A stretch of 64,000 nt of DNA from Candidatus Levyibacteriota bacterium (GCA_963790825.1 CAWBPM010000003.1:317681-381680), one strand, 5' to 3'; shown: positions 20,169 through 29,491, numbered from the stretch's first letter. Made by a program: numbers and translations. The notes: generated by a model from the letters alone, not told the origin.

Positions 20169-20375
20169 ATGCTAAGAAAACTCGCCTCTTTTATGGAAGT
20201 AATCGGCCTATGCCTTTTTCTTCTTTCTGCCATGTATTACCTTTTACCAGCCAAAGAGCTCCTTTCATTTATACCGGGCTACATTGCCGGAAGCACACTT
20301 CATCATCCGCATGAAGCACTCTTAAGCCTCGGCGGGGGGCTTTTCCTCTTCTTCATTTCATTTTTTATAAAATAA
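20169..20375 (+). CDS. small membrane protein
   Basis: 68 aa, two TM segments, TTGACA upstream. Confidence 0.6.
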   Translation: MLRKLASFMEVIGLCLFLLSAMYYLLPAKELLSFIPGYIAGSTLHHPHEALLSLGGGLFLFFISFFIK

Positions 20376-20400
20376 ATTCTAGGTAAATTGAAGTCTTTAA

Positions 20401-21180
20401 CTAATGCGCCATTGCAGGAGGAATTGAAGATTTATTGATTGTATTTCTGAATGTTCGCCTTGAAATATCCGGCCTGATTGTATTGGTCCATGAGCCTGTG
20501 TTAGCAACAAAGACCATATAGCCCTGATCGTCCCGAATAATAAAATTACTCTTTGGATCAGACGGATCGTAGCTCGTAAAAGTGCTGGAACCGCTCGGGA
20601 TATATGATATATTATTCACTGTCAAACCGCTTGCCGTCATGCTTTGATATAAATCCGAAGCTCGTCCGACATAATCATTAAAAGGAGATATTGGAGCAGC
20701 GCTTATAAGATACCATGTTGACTGCGCAAATGTAATTGTTGTTGCCGGTGCAAGAGTACCTGTGAATGTTACATACGTCGCAACGTCGCTATAGAGAAGA
20801 TAACCTACTCCTGGTTGTAACGGAAAATCGGTTCCAACTTCTCCGATATTATCCTCATCTGCTATCAAATAACTCTGCTTCCATAACCCGCTTTTCATAG
20901 AATAGATTGACACATATTTTCCGTTTCCATTGGCTTTTATACTTTCCGTTAAACTTTTTGCACTAACAGGACTCGTGCTCACAACCGGTAATGCAAAAAT
21001 GCTCCAACCCTGTGATATGCTAACTGTTTTTATTCGAGGTCTCACAATTGTTGAAGCGTCTGAATTGAGCTGCGTTTGCCTCTGAACAACTAATACAGTG
21101 CCAAATGTCAGCATAATTAACGACATAAAAATAACGGATCCTAGTAATACTTCTGGTAGGGAATTTTTAGTCTTTACCAT
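20401..21180 (-). CDS. exported beta-rich hypothetical protein
   Basis: N-terminal TM followed by QRQTQLNSDA; internally repeated GW..(F/I)/PG.GY-type unit. Confidence 0.65.
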   Translation of the reverse strand: MVKTKNSLPEVLLGSVIFMSLIMLTFGTVLVVQRQTQLNSDASTIVRPRIKTVSISQGWSIFALPVVSTSPVSAKSLTESIKANGNGKYVSIYSMKSGLWKQSYLIADEDNIGEVGTDFPLQPGVGYLLYSDVATYVTFTGTLAPATTITFAQSTWYLISAAPISPFNDYVGRASDLYQSMTASGLTVNNISYIPSGSSTFTSYDPSDPKSNFIIRDDQGYMVFVANTGSWTNTIRPDISRRTFRNTINKSSIPPAMAH

Positions 21181-21340
21181 GGCTTATCTTCTATTATGAC
21201 CACATATAATTTACTGTGTCAATAGTTGCTAATAATTAAGCTATAATACGTGGCGATGGCAGTTTTAAGCCTGGGCGGCAGCATTCTCCTTTTCTTCATT
21301 TCGTTTTTTATTAAATAAATTTTCGTGATACAATACGCGT

Positions 21341-22363
21341 ATGACTGAGACTGCTCTTTTTCTTCTGGTAATTATACTTGGATTTGTTATTCTTTTCTTT
21401 TTCCTTAATAAACGTTTAAATGATTTGAAGAAACAAGATCCCAACCAAACGCTTCTCGAGTGGCTTAGGACTATACAAGCTTCCATGGATAATACAAATA
21501 AAACACTAAGTTCGGCTATGCAATCAAATTCATCCCACATGGTGCGTACTCTTCAGGAAAATTCCCGGCAGCTGAATGAGCGACTGGACAAAGCTGCAGA
21601 AGTGATTCGGGACGTCGGAAAAGAAGTGGGGCAGATGAGCGAGATCGGCAGAAGCATGCGGGATCTCCAGGATCTTCTGAAAAGCCCGAAACTTCGGGGA
21701 AATATCGGAGAAGAAGTGCTGAAAGATCTTATCGCTCAGATGTTTCCCAAAAACAGTTTCTTTCTGCAATATGAATTCCGCTCGGGAGATAAAGTCGACG
21801 CGGCGATAAAAACCGACGGTGGCATTCTGCCGATTGATTCGAAATTCCCCATGGAAAATTTTCAGAAGATGGTTAAGTCCGAAACAGAAAACGAACAGCT
21901 GCAATATCGGAAAGAATTTATTAAAGATGTGAAGAAGCATATTGATGCAATTGCGAAAAAATATATCTTGCCGGATGAAGGAACCATGGATTTTGCTCTG
22001 ATGTATGTCCCGAGTGAAGCGGTATTTTACGAGCTTTGTAATGATATCTCTCTTATGGATTATGCCAGAAAATTAAGGATTTATACGGTTTCTCCCAGTA
22101 CGCTATATGCTCATTTACAAACAATATTACTGTCTTTTGAAGGCAAAAAGATTGAAAGTAGGTCGAAAGAAGTTTTTCAGCTTCTCCGCGCGATCCAAAT
22201 TGATTACGATAAGTTAAATGAGAATATGCAAACATTGGGTAAACATCTAACGAATGCTTCTGCAAAATATACGGAGGTTAATCATGATTTTGCCCAAATC
22301 GGAAGCAAGATCCAATCCACCCGTTTTATTGAAGAAAAAGAAGTGAAAAAGGTCGGGGGGTAA
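21341..22363 (+). CDS. rmuC: DNA recombination protein RmuC
   Basis: RGNIGE, PIDSKFP, KYI..GTMDFALMYVPSE. Confidence 0.92.
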   Translation: MTETALFLLVIILGFVILFFFLNKRLNDLKKQDPNQTLLEWLRTIQASMDNTNKTLSSAMQSNSSHMVRTLQENSRQLNERLDKAAEVIRDVGKEVGQMSEIGRSMRDLQDLLKSPKLRGNIGEEVLKDLIAQMFPKNSFFLQYEFRSGDKVDAAIKTDGGILPIDSKFPMENFQKMVKSETENEQLQYRKEFIKDVKKHIDAIAKKYILPDEGTMDFALMYVPSEAVFYELCNDISLMDYARKLRIYTVSPSTLYAHLQTILLSFEGKKIESRSKEVFQLLRAIQIDYDKLNENMQTLGKHLTNASAKYTEVNHDFAQIGSKIQSTRFIEEKEVKKVGG

Positions 22364-22430
22364 ATTCAAAGTCTTCTTCTTGTACTCTCCATAAATTCTC
22401 TCTATACTAAAAACAATGAGGTTTACTGCT

Positions 22431-22841
22431 ATGAATAAAAAAACGCTTCTACTGAGTATCTTAGCTGTATTATTAATTGTTGCCTCGATTGTTTTTATAG
22501 TTGAACAAATATCCAAAACAGCAAAGCAACCAATTTCCAAAGGCAGGGTTAATGAATTACTTATGCCGCACCCGATTCAAATTGTAAACGTTACCAAGTC
22601 CGGTTTTGATCCGGCTACGATCAGAATTAAAGCAGGAACAGTTATACTCTGGAAAAACCAAAGTGGTGAAATCGTAACAGTTAATTCCGACCCATACCCG
22701 ACAAATAAAAAATACCCTGCACTTAATCTTGGTGCTTTCGCAACCGGATCTTCAGTTCAGCTTTTGTTTAGCACTCCGGGTGTATACACATACCACGATC
22801 AGTATCATCCCGGCAGGGGAGGAAACGTCGTCGTCGAGTAA
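22431..22841 (+). CDS. cupredoxin-domain exported protein
   Basis: GFDPATIRIKAG..WKN, PGVYTYHD. Confidence 0.75.
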   Translation: MNKKTLLLSILAVLLIVASIVFIVEQISKTAKQPISKGRVNELLMPHPIQIVNVTKSGFDPATIRIKAGTVILWKNQSGEIVTVNSDPYPTNKKYPALNLGAFATGSSVQLLFSTPGVYTYHDQYHPGRGGNVVVE

Positions 22842-22887
22842 TATCCACACTTTTTCTTCGTGTTTTTTTATGCTAAGATAATATCCC

Positions 22888-25809
22888 ATGAAAGATTCTC
22901 TCCGCCTTAATCCGGAACAGCGACAAGCAGTACGCCACGGGGATGGACCACTTTTGATTATTGCCGGAGCCGGAACCGGAAAAACAACTGTTATAACGCA
23001 GCGGATCACGCATTTAATTCTTGAAAAACAGGTCCTGCCTTCTGAGATTCTGGCATTAACCTTTACTGAAAAAGCAGCCCGGGAAATGGAAGAGCGGGTA
23101 GATATCGCGCTTCCCTACGGCTATACACAGCTTTGGATTTCTACTTTCCACGCATTTTGCGACCGGATACTCAGAGATGAAGTAGTGCATATCGGCCTAA
23201 ACCCCGGATTCAGGCTGATGACAGAAGCTGAGGCAATGCTTTTTTTACGAAAAAATCTTTTCCAGCTGCATCTGGAATATTTCCGGCCGCTGGGCAACCC
23301 GTATAAATTCATCCAGGGACTTCTCACTCATTTTAATAGATTGAAAGATGATGATATTACGCCTGTTGATTATCTGTCTTTTGTAAAAAAGAAGGAGAAA
23401 GATCCTGCGCTTGATAGCGCGGAAATAAAAAAGTTACAGGAATTATCCCAAGCATACAGCACATATGAAACTCTTAAGACAAAGGAGGGCGTTATGGATT
23501 TTTCCGATCTGAACGCCAATGCCCTAAAGCTTTTTCGCGAACGTAAGAATATCTTATCAATTTACCAAAAAAAGTTTAAATATATTCTCGTCGATGAGTT
23601 TCAGGATACTAATTTCGCCCAAAATGAGCTGGCTATTCTTCTTGCCAGAAAAAGAAAAAATATTACCGTCGTCGGCGATGACGACCAGGCAATTTACCGT
23701 TGGCGGGGAGCGGCAATTGCCAATATAATTCAATTTAGACAGCATTATCCCGAGGGAAAAGTTATAGCTCTCACCAGAAATTACCGCTCGACTGAAGAAA
23801 TTTTAAAAAAATCCCATACACTTATCCAAGCGAACAATCCTGACCGGCTGGAAGTGCAGGAAAAAATAAATAAATCCCTGACTTCCGAGCGGGGAGTTCG
23901 CGGAGAGCCGATAGAATTCATTTTCGCAGACAGAGTGGAAAATGAAGCGGATCTGGTTGCGCAAAAAATTAAGTTGCTGGTAAAAAAGAAGCAATATACT
24001 TATAAAGATTTCGCGATTTTGGTTCGCGCAAATGATCATTCCCAGCCGTTCGTTAGGGCATTTGAACGGGAAAAAATTCCCTTTCAATTTTTAGGTCCCG
24101 GGCATTTATTTCATCAGGAAGAAATAAAAGACCTTATCGCCTATTTAAAAGTGCTGTACAACTTCGAAGATAATGCTTCGCTTTACCGGGTCCTGACATT
24201 TTCAATATTCAACCTCGAAGCCCGTGACGTTGCGTCTATTTTAAACTTTGCCAAAAAGAAAAACCTGCTGCTGTTTGAAGCACTTGAGCAAATCTCGGAT
24301 ACGTATTTGCCAGTTGAAACAAAAGAGAAAGTAACGCATCTGGTCGACATGATAAAAAGACATCTGAAAAAAGTACCGAAAAGTACCGGCGGACAAATGC
24401 TCTATTACTTCGTCGAAGATTCAGGGCTGCTTCGTAAGTATATTGAAGCTAAATCAGGAGTAGAGGAGAAGCAAGCGCAAAACGTGGCGAAACTTTTTGA
24501 GAGGTTAAAGTCATATGAGAGCGAGCATAGCGATGCATCGGTTTTTGCGGTTGTTGACTGGATTGATCTCTCCATGCAGCTGGGAGAAAGTCCGATGAGC
24601 TCGGATATGGATTGGTCCGAGAACAATGCAGTTAATATTCTAACTATCCATTCGAGTAAAGGACTCGAGTTTCCTGTTGTTTTCATTGTTAATCTGGTCA
24701 CGCAGCGTTTTCCAACCCGCGAGAGGAAAGAACAAATCCCGATTTCCGACGATTTGATTAAAGAGCAATTGCCGGAGGGCGATGCCACCCTGCAGGAAGA
24801 GCGAAGGCTTTTCTATGTCGCTATGACGCGGGCAAAAGACCTGCTTTTTTTAACCTCCGCCAATTACTATGGTGAGGGGAAAAGAGAGCGGAAAATATCA
24901 CCGTTTGTGTACGAGACGCTGGGAGTCGATTATGTAAATCTTCTCTTAACCAAACACAGGGAGAAAACTTCGGTTTCTCAACTGACTCTCCCTGCTATTT
25001 TCCAGGAAATTGATTCTTCCGGGGAACCTGATTTTCTCCAAGTCGGAAAGCCAAAAATAACGCCGATTTCTTATATCTCCTACTCCCAGATTCAGACATT
25101 TGATATGTGTCCCCTGCATTATAAATTAAGATATCTGTTGAAAATTCCCGGTATTCCTTCCTCTGCTTTAAGTTTCGGAACCAGCGTCCATGCTGTTCTT
25201 CGCGATATATACCAGCTGGCAATGCGGGGAGAAAAAGTAACGAAAGAACAAATCCCGGAATTTCTCTCCCGGGACTGGGTAAACCAGGGTTTTGAGAGTA
25301 AATCGCATCAACAAACAGCTTTACAGCAAGCCAAAAAAATTCTTTTTTCTTACTTTGAAGAAAATTTTCCGGTTAAAAATCAGGTGCTTGCTGTTGAAGC
25401 GCCGTTTTCTTTTTCTTTAGACGGACTTCGGGTTGGGGGAAGAATTGACCGGGTTGATAAACTGAAAAATAACAATATTGAAATTATTGATTATAAAACC
25501 GGCAACCGGACGCTTCCCGACGAAAAGAAACTTTTGACTGATTTACAAATGACATTTTACGGCTTGGCCGGAACAGAGGTCCATGACGAAATATTTGCCA
25601 GGCAGCCGGACGAGGTGCTTCTTTCGCTCTTTTTTTTGGAAGCAAATAAAAAAGTCACGACAATGCGGACAAAAGAGCAACTTGTTGAAGCAAAAAAACT
25701 CATTCTTCAGAAAGTGGAGGAGATCGAACACAGCGACTTCTTATGTAACGGCTCCCTAAACTGCAAGAATTGTGAATATAAAATGCTCTGCACTACCTTC
25801 GCAAGCTAG
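22888..25809 (+). CDS. UvrD/PcrA helicase with C-terminal PD-(D/E)XK nuclease
   Basis: AGAGTGKT, VDEFQD, TIHSSKGLEF, EERRLFYVAMTRA; C-terminal GRIDR..IIDYKTG and Cys cluster. Confidence 0.93.
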   Translation: MKDSLRLNPEQRQAVRHGDGPLLIIAGAGTGKTTVITQRITHLILEKQVLPSEILALTFTEKAAREMEERVDIALPYGYTQLWISTFHAFCDRILRDEVVHIGLNPGFRLMTEAEAMLFLRKNLFQLHLEYFRPLGNPYKFIQGLLTHFNRLKDDDITPVDYLSFVKKKEKDPALDSAEIKKLQELSQAYSTYETLKTKEGVMDFSDLNANALKLFRERKNILSIYQKKFKYILVDEFQDTNFAQNELAILLARKRKNITVVGDDDQAIYRWRGAAIANIIQFRQHYPEGKVIALTRNYRSTEEILKKSHTLIQANNPDRLEVQEKINKSLTSERGVRGEPIEFIFADRVENEADLVAQKIKLLVKKKQYTYKDFAILVRANDHSQPFVRAFEREKIPFQFLGPGHLFHQEEIKDLIAYLKVLYNFEDNASLYRVLTFSIFNLEARDVASILNFAKKKNLLLFEALEQISDTYLPVETKEKVTHLVDMIKRHLKKVPKSTGGQMLYYFVEDSGLLRKYIEAKSGVEEKQAQNVAKLFERLKSYESEHSDASVFAVVDWIDLSMQLGESPMSSDMDWSENNAVNILTIHSSKGLEFPVVFIVNLVTQRFPTRERKEQIPISDDLIKEQLPEGDATLQEERRLFYVAMTRAKDLLFLTSANYYGEGKRERKISPFVYETLGVDYVNLLLTKHREKTSVSQLTLPAIFQEIDSSGEPDFLQVGKPKITPISYISYSQIQTFDMCPLHYKLRYLLKIPGIPSSALSFGTSVHAVLRDIYQLAMRGEKVTKEQIPEFLSRDWVNQGFESKSHQQTALQQAKKILFSYFEENFPVKNQVLAVEAPFSFSLDGLRVGGRIDRVDKLKNNNIEIIDYKTGNRTLPDEKKLLTDLQMTFYGLAGTEVHDEIFARQPDEVLLSLFFLEANKKVTTMRTKEQLVEAKKLILQKVEEIEHSDFLCNGSLNCKNCEYKMLCTTFAS

Positions 25810-25869
25810 GATTTATTCCCACTCCTTTATAAGTTGCTTTCTCCGATTCCGCTTGCTAAAATACCTATA

Positions 25870-26298
25870 GTCCTAGGAAGAAGGATCGCTAGTACGTTCA
25901 GTTACATGAACGTACAGGAAAGTCCAGACAGATGTATGCCGGGGATGGAGCGTAAGCTCCGATGATAATCCCGATTTAATCGGGACTAAACACTGGTGCT
26001 TTTAGTTTAAAAAGACTGAAAGACTCTGCGAGAATTGACTCAAAGAGAGAGCCACAGAGACGAGCGGTAACCTAAAGCGTAAGCAATGGTTACTGAGTGA
26101 AACGAGGCAATCCCACCTGCTGCAACTTCCGAATGATGCGCAATGCCCTTCGTAGCTTTTTGCGAAGGAGGGCTACTACCTGTATACGGGAGCATCGAGG
26201 AGAAGGCATTTCGCCGAGTAGGCGGACGGGATGAGAAGATCATCATCGAGAGAGATTGCGGTCTAAAACAGAATCTGGCTTACCACCTTCCTAGGACC
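25870..26298 (+). ncRNA. rnpB: RNase P RNA
   Basis: AGGAAAGTCCAG and AACAGAATCTGGCTTA (P4 pairing), GCCACAGAGA, GTGAAAC; terminal P1 GTCCTAGGAAG/CTTCCTAGGAC. Confidence 0.9.
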
Positions 26299-26304
26299 CT
26301 TTTT

Positions 26305-26746
26305 TTAGAGCGTCTAGGGACTAGTATTTAGCGTCTAGCTGTTTTTCATTTTTGTCGTCATAGAATTTAACATACGTAAAACTTCTTCTAACAGTTGATC
26401 TACTTTTATAAAATATTTTGCTTTAGAGAATTGTAGTTCTTTTGTGATGATAATCTGTGTTTCGAGTTCAAGAGCAGAACCATATGAAACTGAAAGCGCA
26501 TAAGAATATTCTTTTCGTGATTTTCTTCCATAACCTTCAGCAATATTGGATGGAATAGATATTGCAGCTCTTCGCATCTGAGAAGTTATTCCATAAAGTT
26601 CTGATTTGGGGAATTTATTGGTGAGGACAAAAACTTCTTTAACAAGTTGGACTGATTTTTGCCAAACGATTAAATCTTTATAAGATCTGATATACATAAA
26701 TTAGCAGCTGTTATCTAGCTACTAGACGCTAATTTACTAAACGCTC
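26305..26746. repeat. inverted 7-periodic repeat arms flanking the four-helix-bundle gene
   Basis: TTAGCGTCTAG 26328-26338 / CTAGACGCTAA 26722-26732; GAGCGTCTAG 26308-26317 / CTAAACGCTC 26737-26746. Confidence 0.7.
26335..26697 (-). CDS. four-helix-bundle protein (TIGR02436 / 23S IVS-protein-like)
   Basis: SYKDLIVWQKS, FPKSELYG, QMRRAAISIPSNIAEG, GSALELETQ. Confidence 0.93.
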   Translation of the reverse strand: MYIRSYKDLIVWQKSVQLVKEVFVLTNKFPKSELYGITSQMRRAAISIPSNIAEGYGRKSRKEYSYALSVSYGSALELETQIIITKELQFSKAKYFIKVDQLLEEVLRMLNSMTTKMKNS

Positions 26747-26751
26747 GTTTT

Positions 26752-27024
26752 TTACCGGACTGCTTTCTTAAATGTCTTCCCCGGAGTAAAGCCCGGTGCC
26801 TTTCTCGCGTTAAGAGTAATTTTCGCACCTGTTTTTGGATTGCGCCCGACTCTTTGCACCCGATTTCGTACACTGAATGTGCCAAAACCGGTCAAAACTA
26901 CTTTTTCCCCACGCTTTAATGAATCACGAATAGTATTAAGCATAGTCTGTACAGAATCCCTTGCAGCTTTATTGGTTAGATTTGATTTTTTCGCAACTAT
27001 TTCTATAATGTCTTTTTTTGTCAA
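26752..27024 (-). CDS. hup: DNA-binding protein HU
   Basis: GFGTF, GRNPKTG; TTG start with AAGGAGG SD. Confidence 0.95.
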   Translation of the reverse strand: MTKKDIIEIVAKKSNLTNKAARDSVQTMLNTIRDSLKRGEKVVLTGFGTFSVRNRVQRVGRNPKTGAKITLNARKAPGFTPGKTFKKAVR

Positions 27025-27137
27025 CTTTTTTTCGCCTCCTTTCGCACGTTTAGAAAATAATTTTTATATAATAAAACATCGATTAGATTAACAGTACAAT
27101 GAAAACGAAAACTTGTCAAGAGTTATAAAAAGAAAAA

Positions 27138-27773
27138 TTATTTTAATGAAGGAGAAACTACGGGACACCAACCGCTAATTGGTACAACGATTTCGCAGGC
27201 AGGTTTGGAATTTAAACATGCAGGTCTCGGTATGCAACTAGGCGTCCGTATAGGAAATTGTGATGGCGAAAATGTCGGGTGAAGTAGTGGGGAAATTGTT
27301 GGGAATTCCGATGGTAAATTGATTACTCCAGTACTAACCGTTATTTGCGCAGATGTTGCAATAAGAGTAGTTCCCGAAAAAAGACGATATTCATAGATAC
27401 CTGCTACGTTTGGCATGACAAACGTACATGTTCCGAAATGAATATTCCCGGGACCTTTTGAATTCTGACAGTCGCTTGTCAGCACTTTATTTAGATATCC
27501 TGAGTCGCTCGCTCCTTCTGCGTATAAGCCAATCCAATCGCTGCTAGTGGGACTGGACATAAACCAGATTGCATAGTCTTTGTTATTTGTAAATACATTT
27601 TCCGGTGTCGCATGAACAGCAGCCAGACTTCTCGTATAATTTGCATGGGAACTCTCCGTTTGTTGGTTTTGCGAAACAAGAACAGTTATCGGAACTACGA
27701 GAAGGAGTATGAGGAATGCAGCAATCTTAAAAACCTTGGCGTTATGAGAAGATGAACTTTCTCGAGTCAACAT
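27138..27773 (-). CDS. exported protein with Ig/SKICH-like region and Cys-rich tail
   Basis: TM + QNQQTESSHA; DWIGLY..G.YEYRLF; C-terminal CIPRPACL..PAC......GWCP. Confidence 0.65.
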   Translation of the reverse strand: MLTRESSSSHNAKVFKIAAFLILLLVVPITVLVSQNQQTESSHANYTRSLAAVHATPENVFTNNKDYAIWFMSSPTSSDWIGLYAEGASDSGYLNKVLTSDCQNSKGPGNIHFGTCTFVMPNVAGIYEYRLFSGTTLIATSAQITVSTGVINLPSEFPTISPLLHPTFSPSQFPIRTPSCIPRPACLNSKPACEIVVPISGWCPVVSPSLK

Positions 27774-27898
27774 ACCACTAGCATAAGAGAAGAGCTAGCT
27801 ATTGTCAAGGGAGGTTACAATTGATGTATCTGTCGTGAGTTTTATCCGAAAACTTTTTGATAATTTTATTATCTGTTTTGCCAGCTGATATTAATAGT

Positions 27899-28144
27899 CT
27901 AAATTTGTAATAACCGTGCTAATCTTGGACGATCAAACCCAATGATAACATGTTCTTTTTTCGCTTCGTCAGTAATAATCGTTACCGGAACGCCCATTTG
28001 TCCGGTTTTTTGGACCATTTCACCGGCTTTTTCCCAATTTTCATCCAGCAAAATATCTTCATATTGTACTCCATTTTTCCGTAAGTATTGTTTCTCCATG
28101 ATACAGAATGGACACCTTTTGGTAGAATAAACTTTGACGCTCAT
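27899..28144 (-). CDS. glutaredoxin/NrdH-like redoxin
   Basis: CPFC, GQMGVP, IGFD. Confidence 0.9.
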   Translation of the reverse strand: MSVKVYSTKRCPFCIMEKQYLRKNGVQYEDILLDENWEKAGEMVQKTGQMGVPVTIITDEAKKEHVIIGFDRPRLARLLQI

Positions 28145-28416
28145 TTCTTTTCTCTCCCCACCTTTACAAACTCCTCAATTTCATGAGCAAGTTTGGCAGC
28201 TTTTATATTAATCAGTGAATAATAAACATACTTTCCTTCTTTTTCATCTCTGACTAAACCAGCATTTCGCAATTTCATCAGATGCTGAGACACCGCGGAT
28301 TGAGAAAGACCGCAATTGCCAATTAGTTCCTGAACATTCTTTCTGCCTTTGGAAAGGCAACAAAGAAGTTTTAATCTGACCGGATTTGCCAAAGCAGTAA
28401 CTACAGCGTATTCCAT
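28141..28416 (-). CDS. ArsR/SmtB family regulator
   Basis: LANPVRLKLL, SQSAVSQHL..LR.AGLV, GKYVYYSL. Confidence 0.93.
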   Translation of the reverse strand: MEYAVVTALANPVRLKLLCCLSKGRKNVQELIGNCGLSQSAVSQHLMKLRNAGLVRDEKEGKYVYYSLINIKAAKLAHEIEEFVKVGREKK

Positions 28417-28456
28417 ATTGACATATTAGCATTTACTAATGTATCATGTCAATATG
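28414..28456. promoter_or_regulatory. palindromic bidirectional promoter/operator
   Basis: CATATTGACAT...ATGTCAATATG with inner ATTAG-N6-CTAAT; TTGACA on both strands. Confidence 0.8.
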
Positions 28457-28795
28457 ATTGATTTATCAAATCAGAAAATTCCCCAAGTTAGTGCCAGTGA
28501 TGTTTATCGGGCGGTTACGGAGAAAAACGAATGCGTTATTTTAGATGTCCGCACTCCTCAGGAATATGCAAGGGGAAAAATTGCGGGAAGCATAAATGTT
28601 CCCCTTAGCGACATAGGGAAAAATATACAAAACATCATTCCTGATAAATCCGTAACTATTTATGTGTATTGTCTTAGCGGATCACGAAGTGTGCTTGCAG
28701 TGGATACTATGACACATATGGGGTATACTCATGTGTATAATATAATAAGCGGACTCTTAGCCTGGCGGGGTAGTAAATATCTCTTGGTAATATAA
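28454..28795 (+). CDS. rhodanese-domain protein
   Basis: LDVRTPQEY, YCLSGSRS, GLLAW. Confidence 0.9.
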   Translation: MIDLSNQKIPQVSASDVYRAVTEKNECVILDVRTPQEYARGKIAGSINVPLSDIGKNIQNIIPDKSVTIYVYCLSGSRSVLAVDTMTHMGYTHVYNIISGLLAWRGSKYLLVI

Positions 28796-28799
28796 ATTT

Positions 28800-29240
28800 A
28801 TGTCCAAAATTATTTTTGTCATAATTGTCTTAACGGTTGCGGCTTTTAGTCTGGGAGAATTTGTTTCCTCAAGTCAGTATAAAGGAAATTCAAGTTCCGC
28901 TGTGTTAGACGAAACAAGTTCTTTTACTAATCTTTCTCCCGAAGAATTTCTTCAGTCACTTTCGACTGATCAATATAAACTGTTAGATGTCAGAACAGAG
29001 AGCGAATATGCTGCCGGGCATTTAAAAAATGCAATACAAATTGATTACTATCAAACGCAGAGATTTTCCGATTATTTAGATTCTTTAAATAAAAAAGCAA
29101 AGTATCTGATTTACTGCCGTACCGGACACCGCTCTGCTGCCGCGATGCAGATCATGAAAGAGAAAGGATTTCAAAACGTCTCGGATTTAGCCGGTGGATA
29201 TAACGCCTGGATCGCAAGCGGCTTACCGGTTGTGAAATAA
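28800..29240 (+). CDS. exported rhodanese-domain protein
   Basis: N-terminal TM; LDVRT..EY..GHL, YCRTGHRS, GGYNAW. Confidence 0.9.
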   Translation: MSKIIFVIIVLTVAAFSLGEFVSSSQYKGNSSSAVLDETSSFTNLSPEEFLQSLSTDQYKLLDVRTESEYAAGHLKNAIQIDYYQTQRFSDYLDSLNKKAKYLIYCRTGHRSAAAMQIMKEKGFQNVSDLAGGYNAWIASGLPVVK

Positions 29241-29286
29241 AATTTTTATTACAATCTTTTTATTCGAAGGTTTTGGCTACAAAAAA

Positions 29287-29484
29287 TCAGCTGATTGTCA
29301 CGATTAAGATTTGGTGCTTCTCATTTCCTGAGCTGTCAATTTTGTTTAACACTATCTTAAATCCTACTTTCTCAACTAACTTAGTGAAAGCTTCTAAATA
29401 CTTTATGCTTTCGAACTGGTTCCGTCTCATTGCATAATCATCAGCAGCCTTTTCGTATCCTTGTTTAACAAAATCATTAGACAT
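29287..29484 (-). pseudogene. internally deleted class I SAM methyltransferase remnant
   Basis: N-terminal VKQGYEKAADDY fused to C-terminal VEKVGFKIV..IDSSGNEKHQILI; the SAM-binding core is absent. Confidence 0.55.
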
Positions 29485-29491
29485 ATATAAA

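Noticed and set aside
26040-26331. ORFs 26040-26246 and 26143-26331
   Set aside because: They overlap the RNase P RNA and are spurious.
26335-26697. Avd of a diversity-generating retroelement
   Set aside because: No reverse transcriptase or TR/VR pair in the window.
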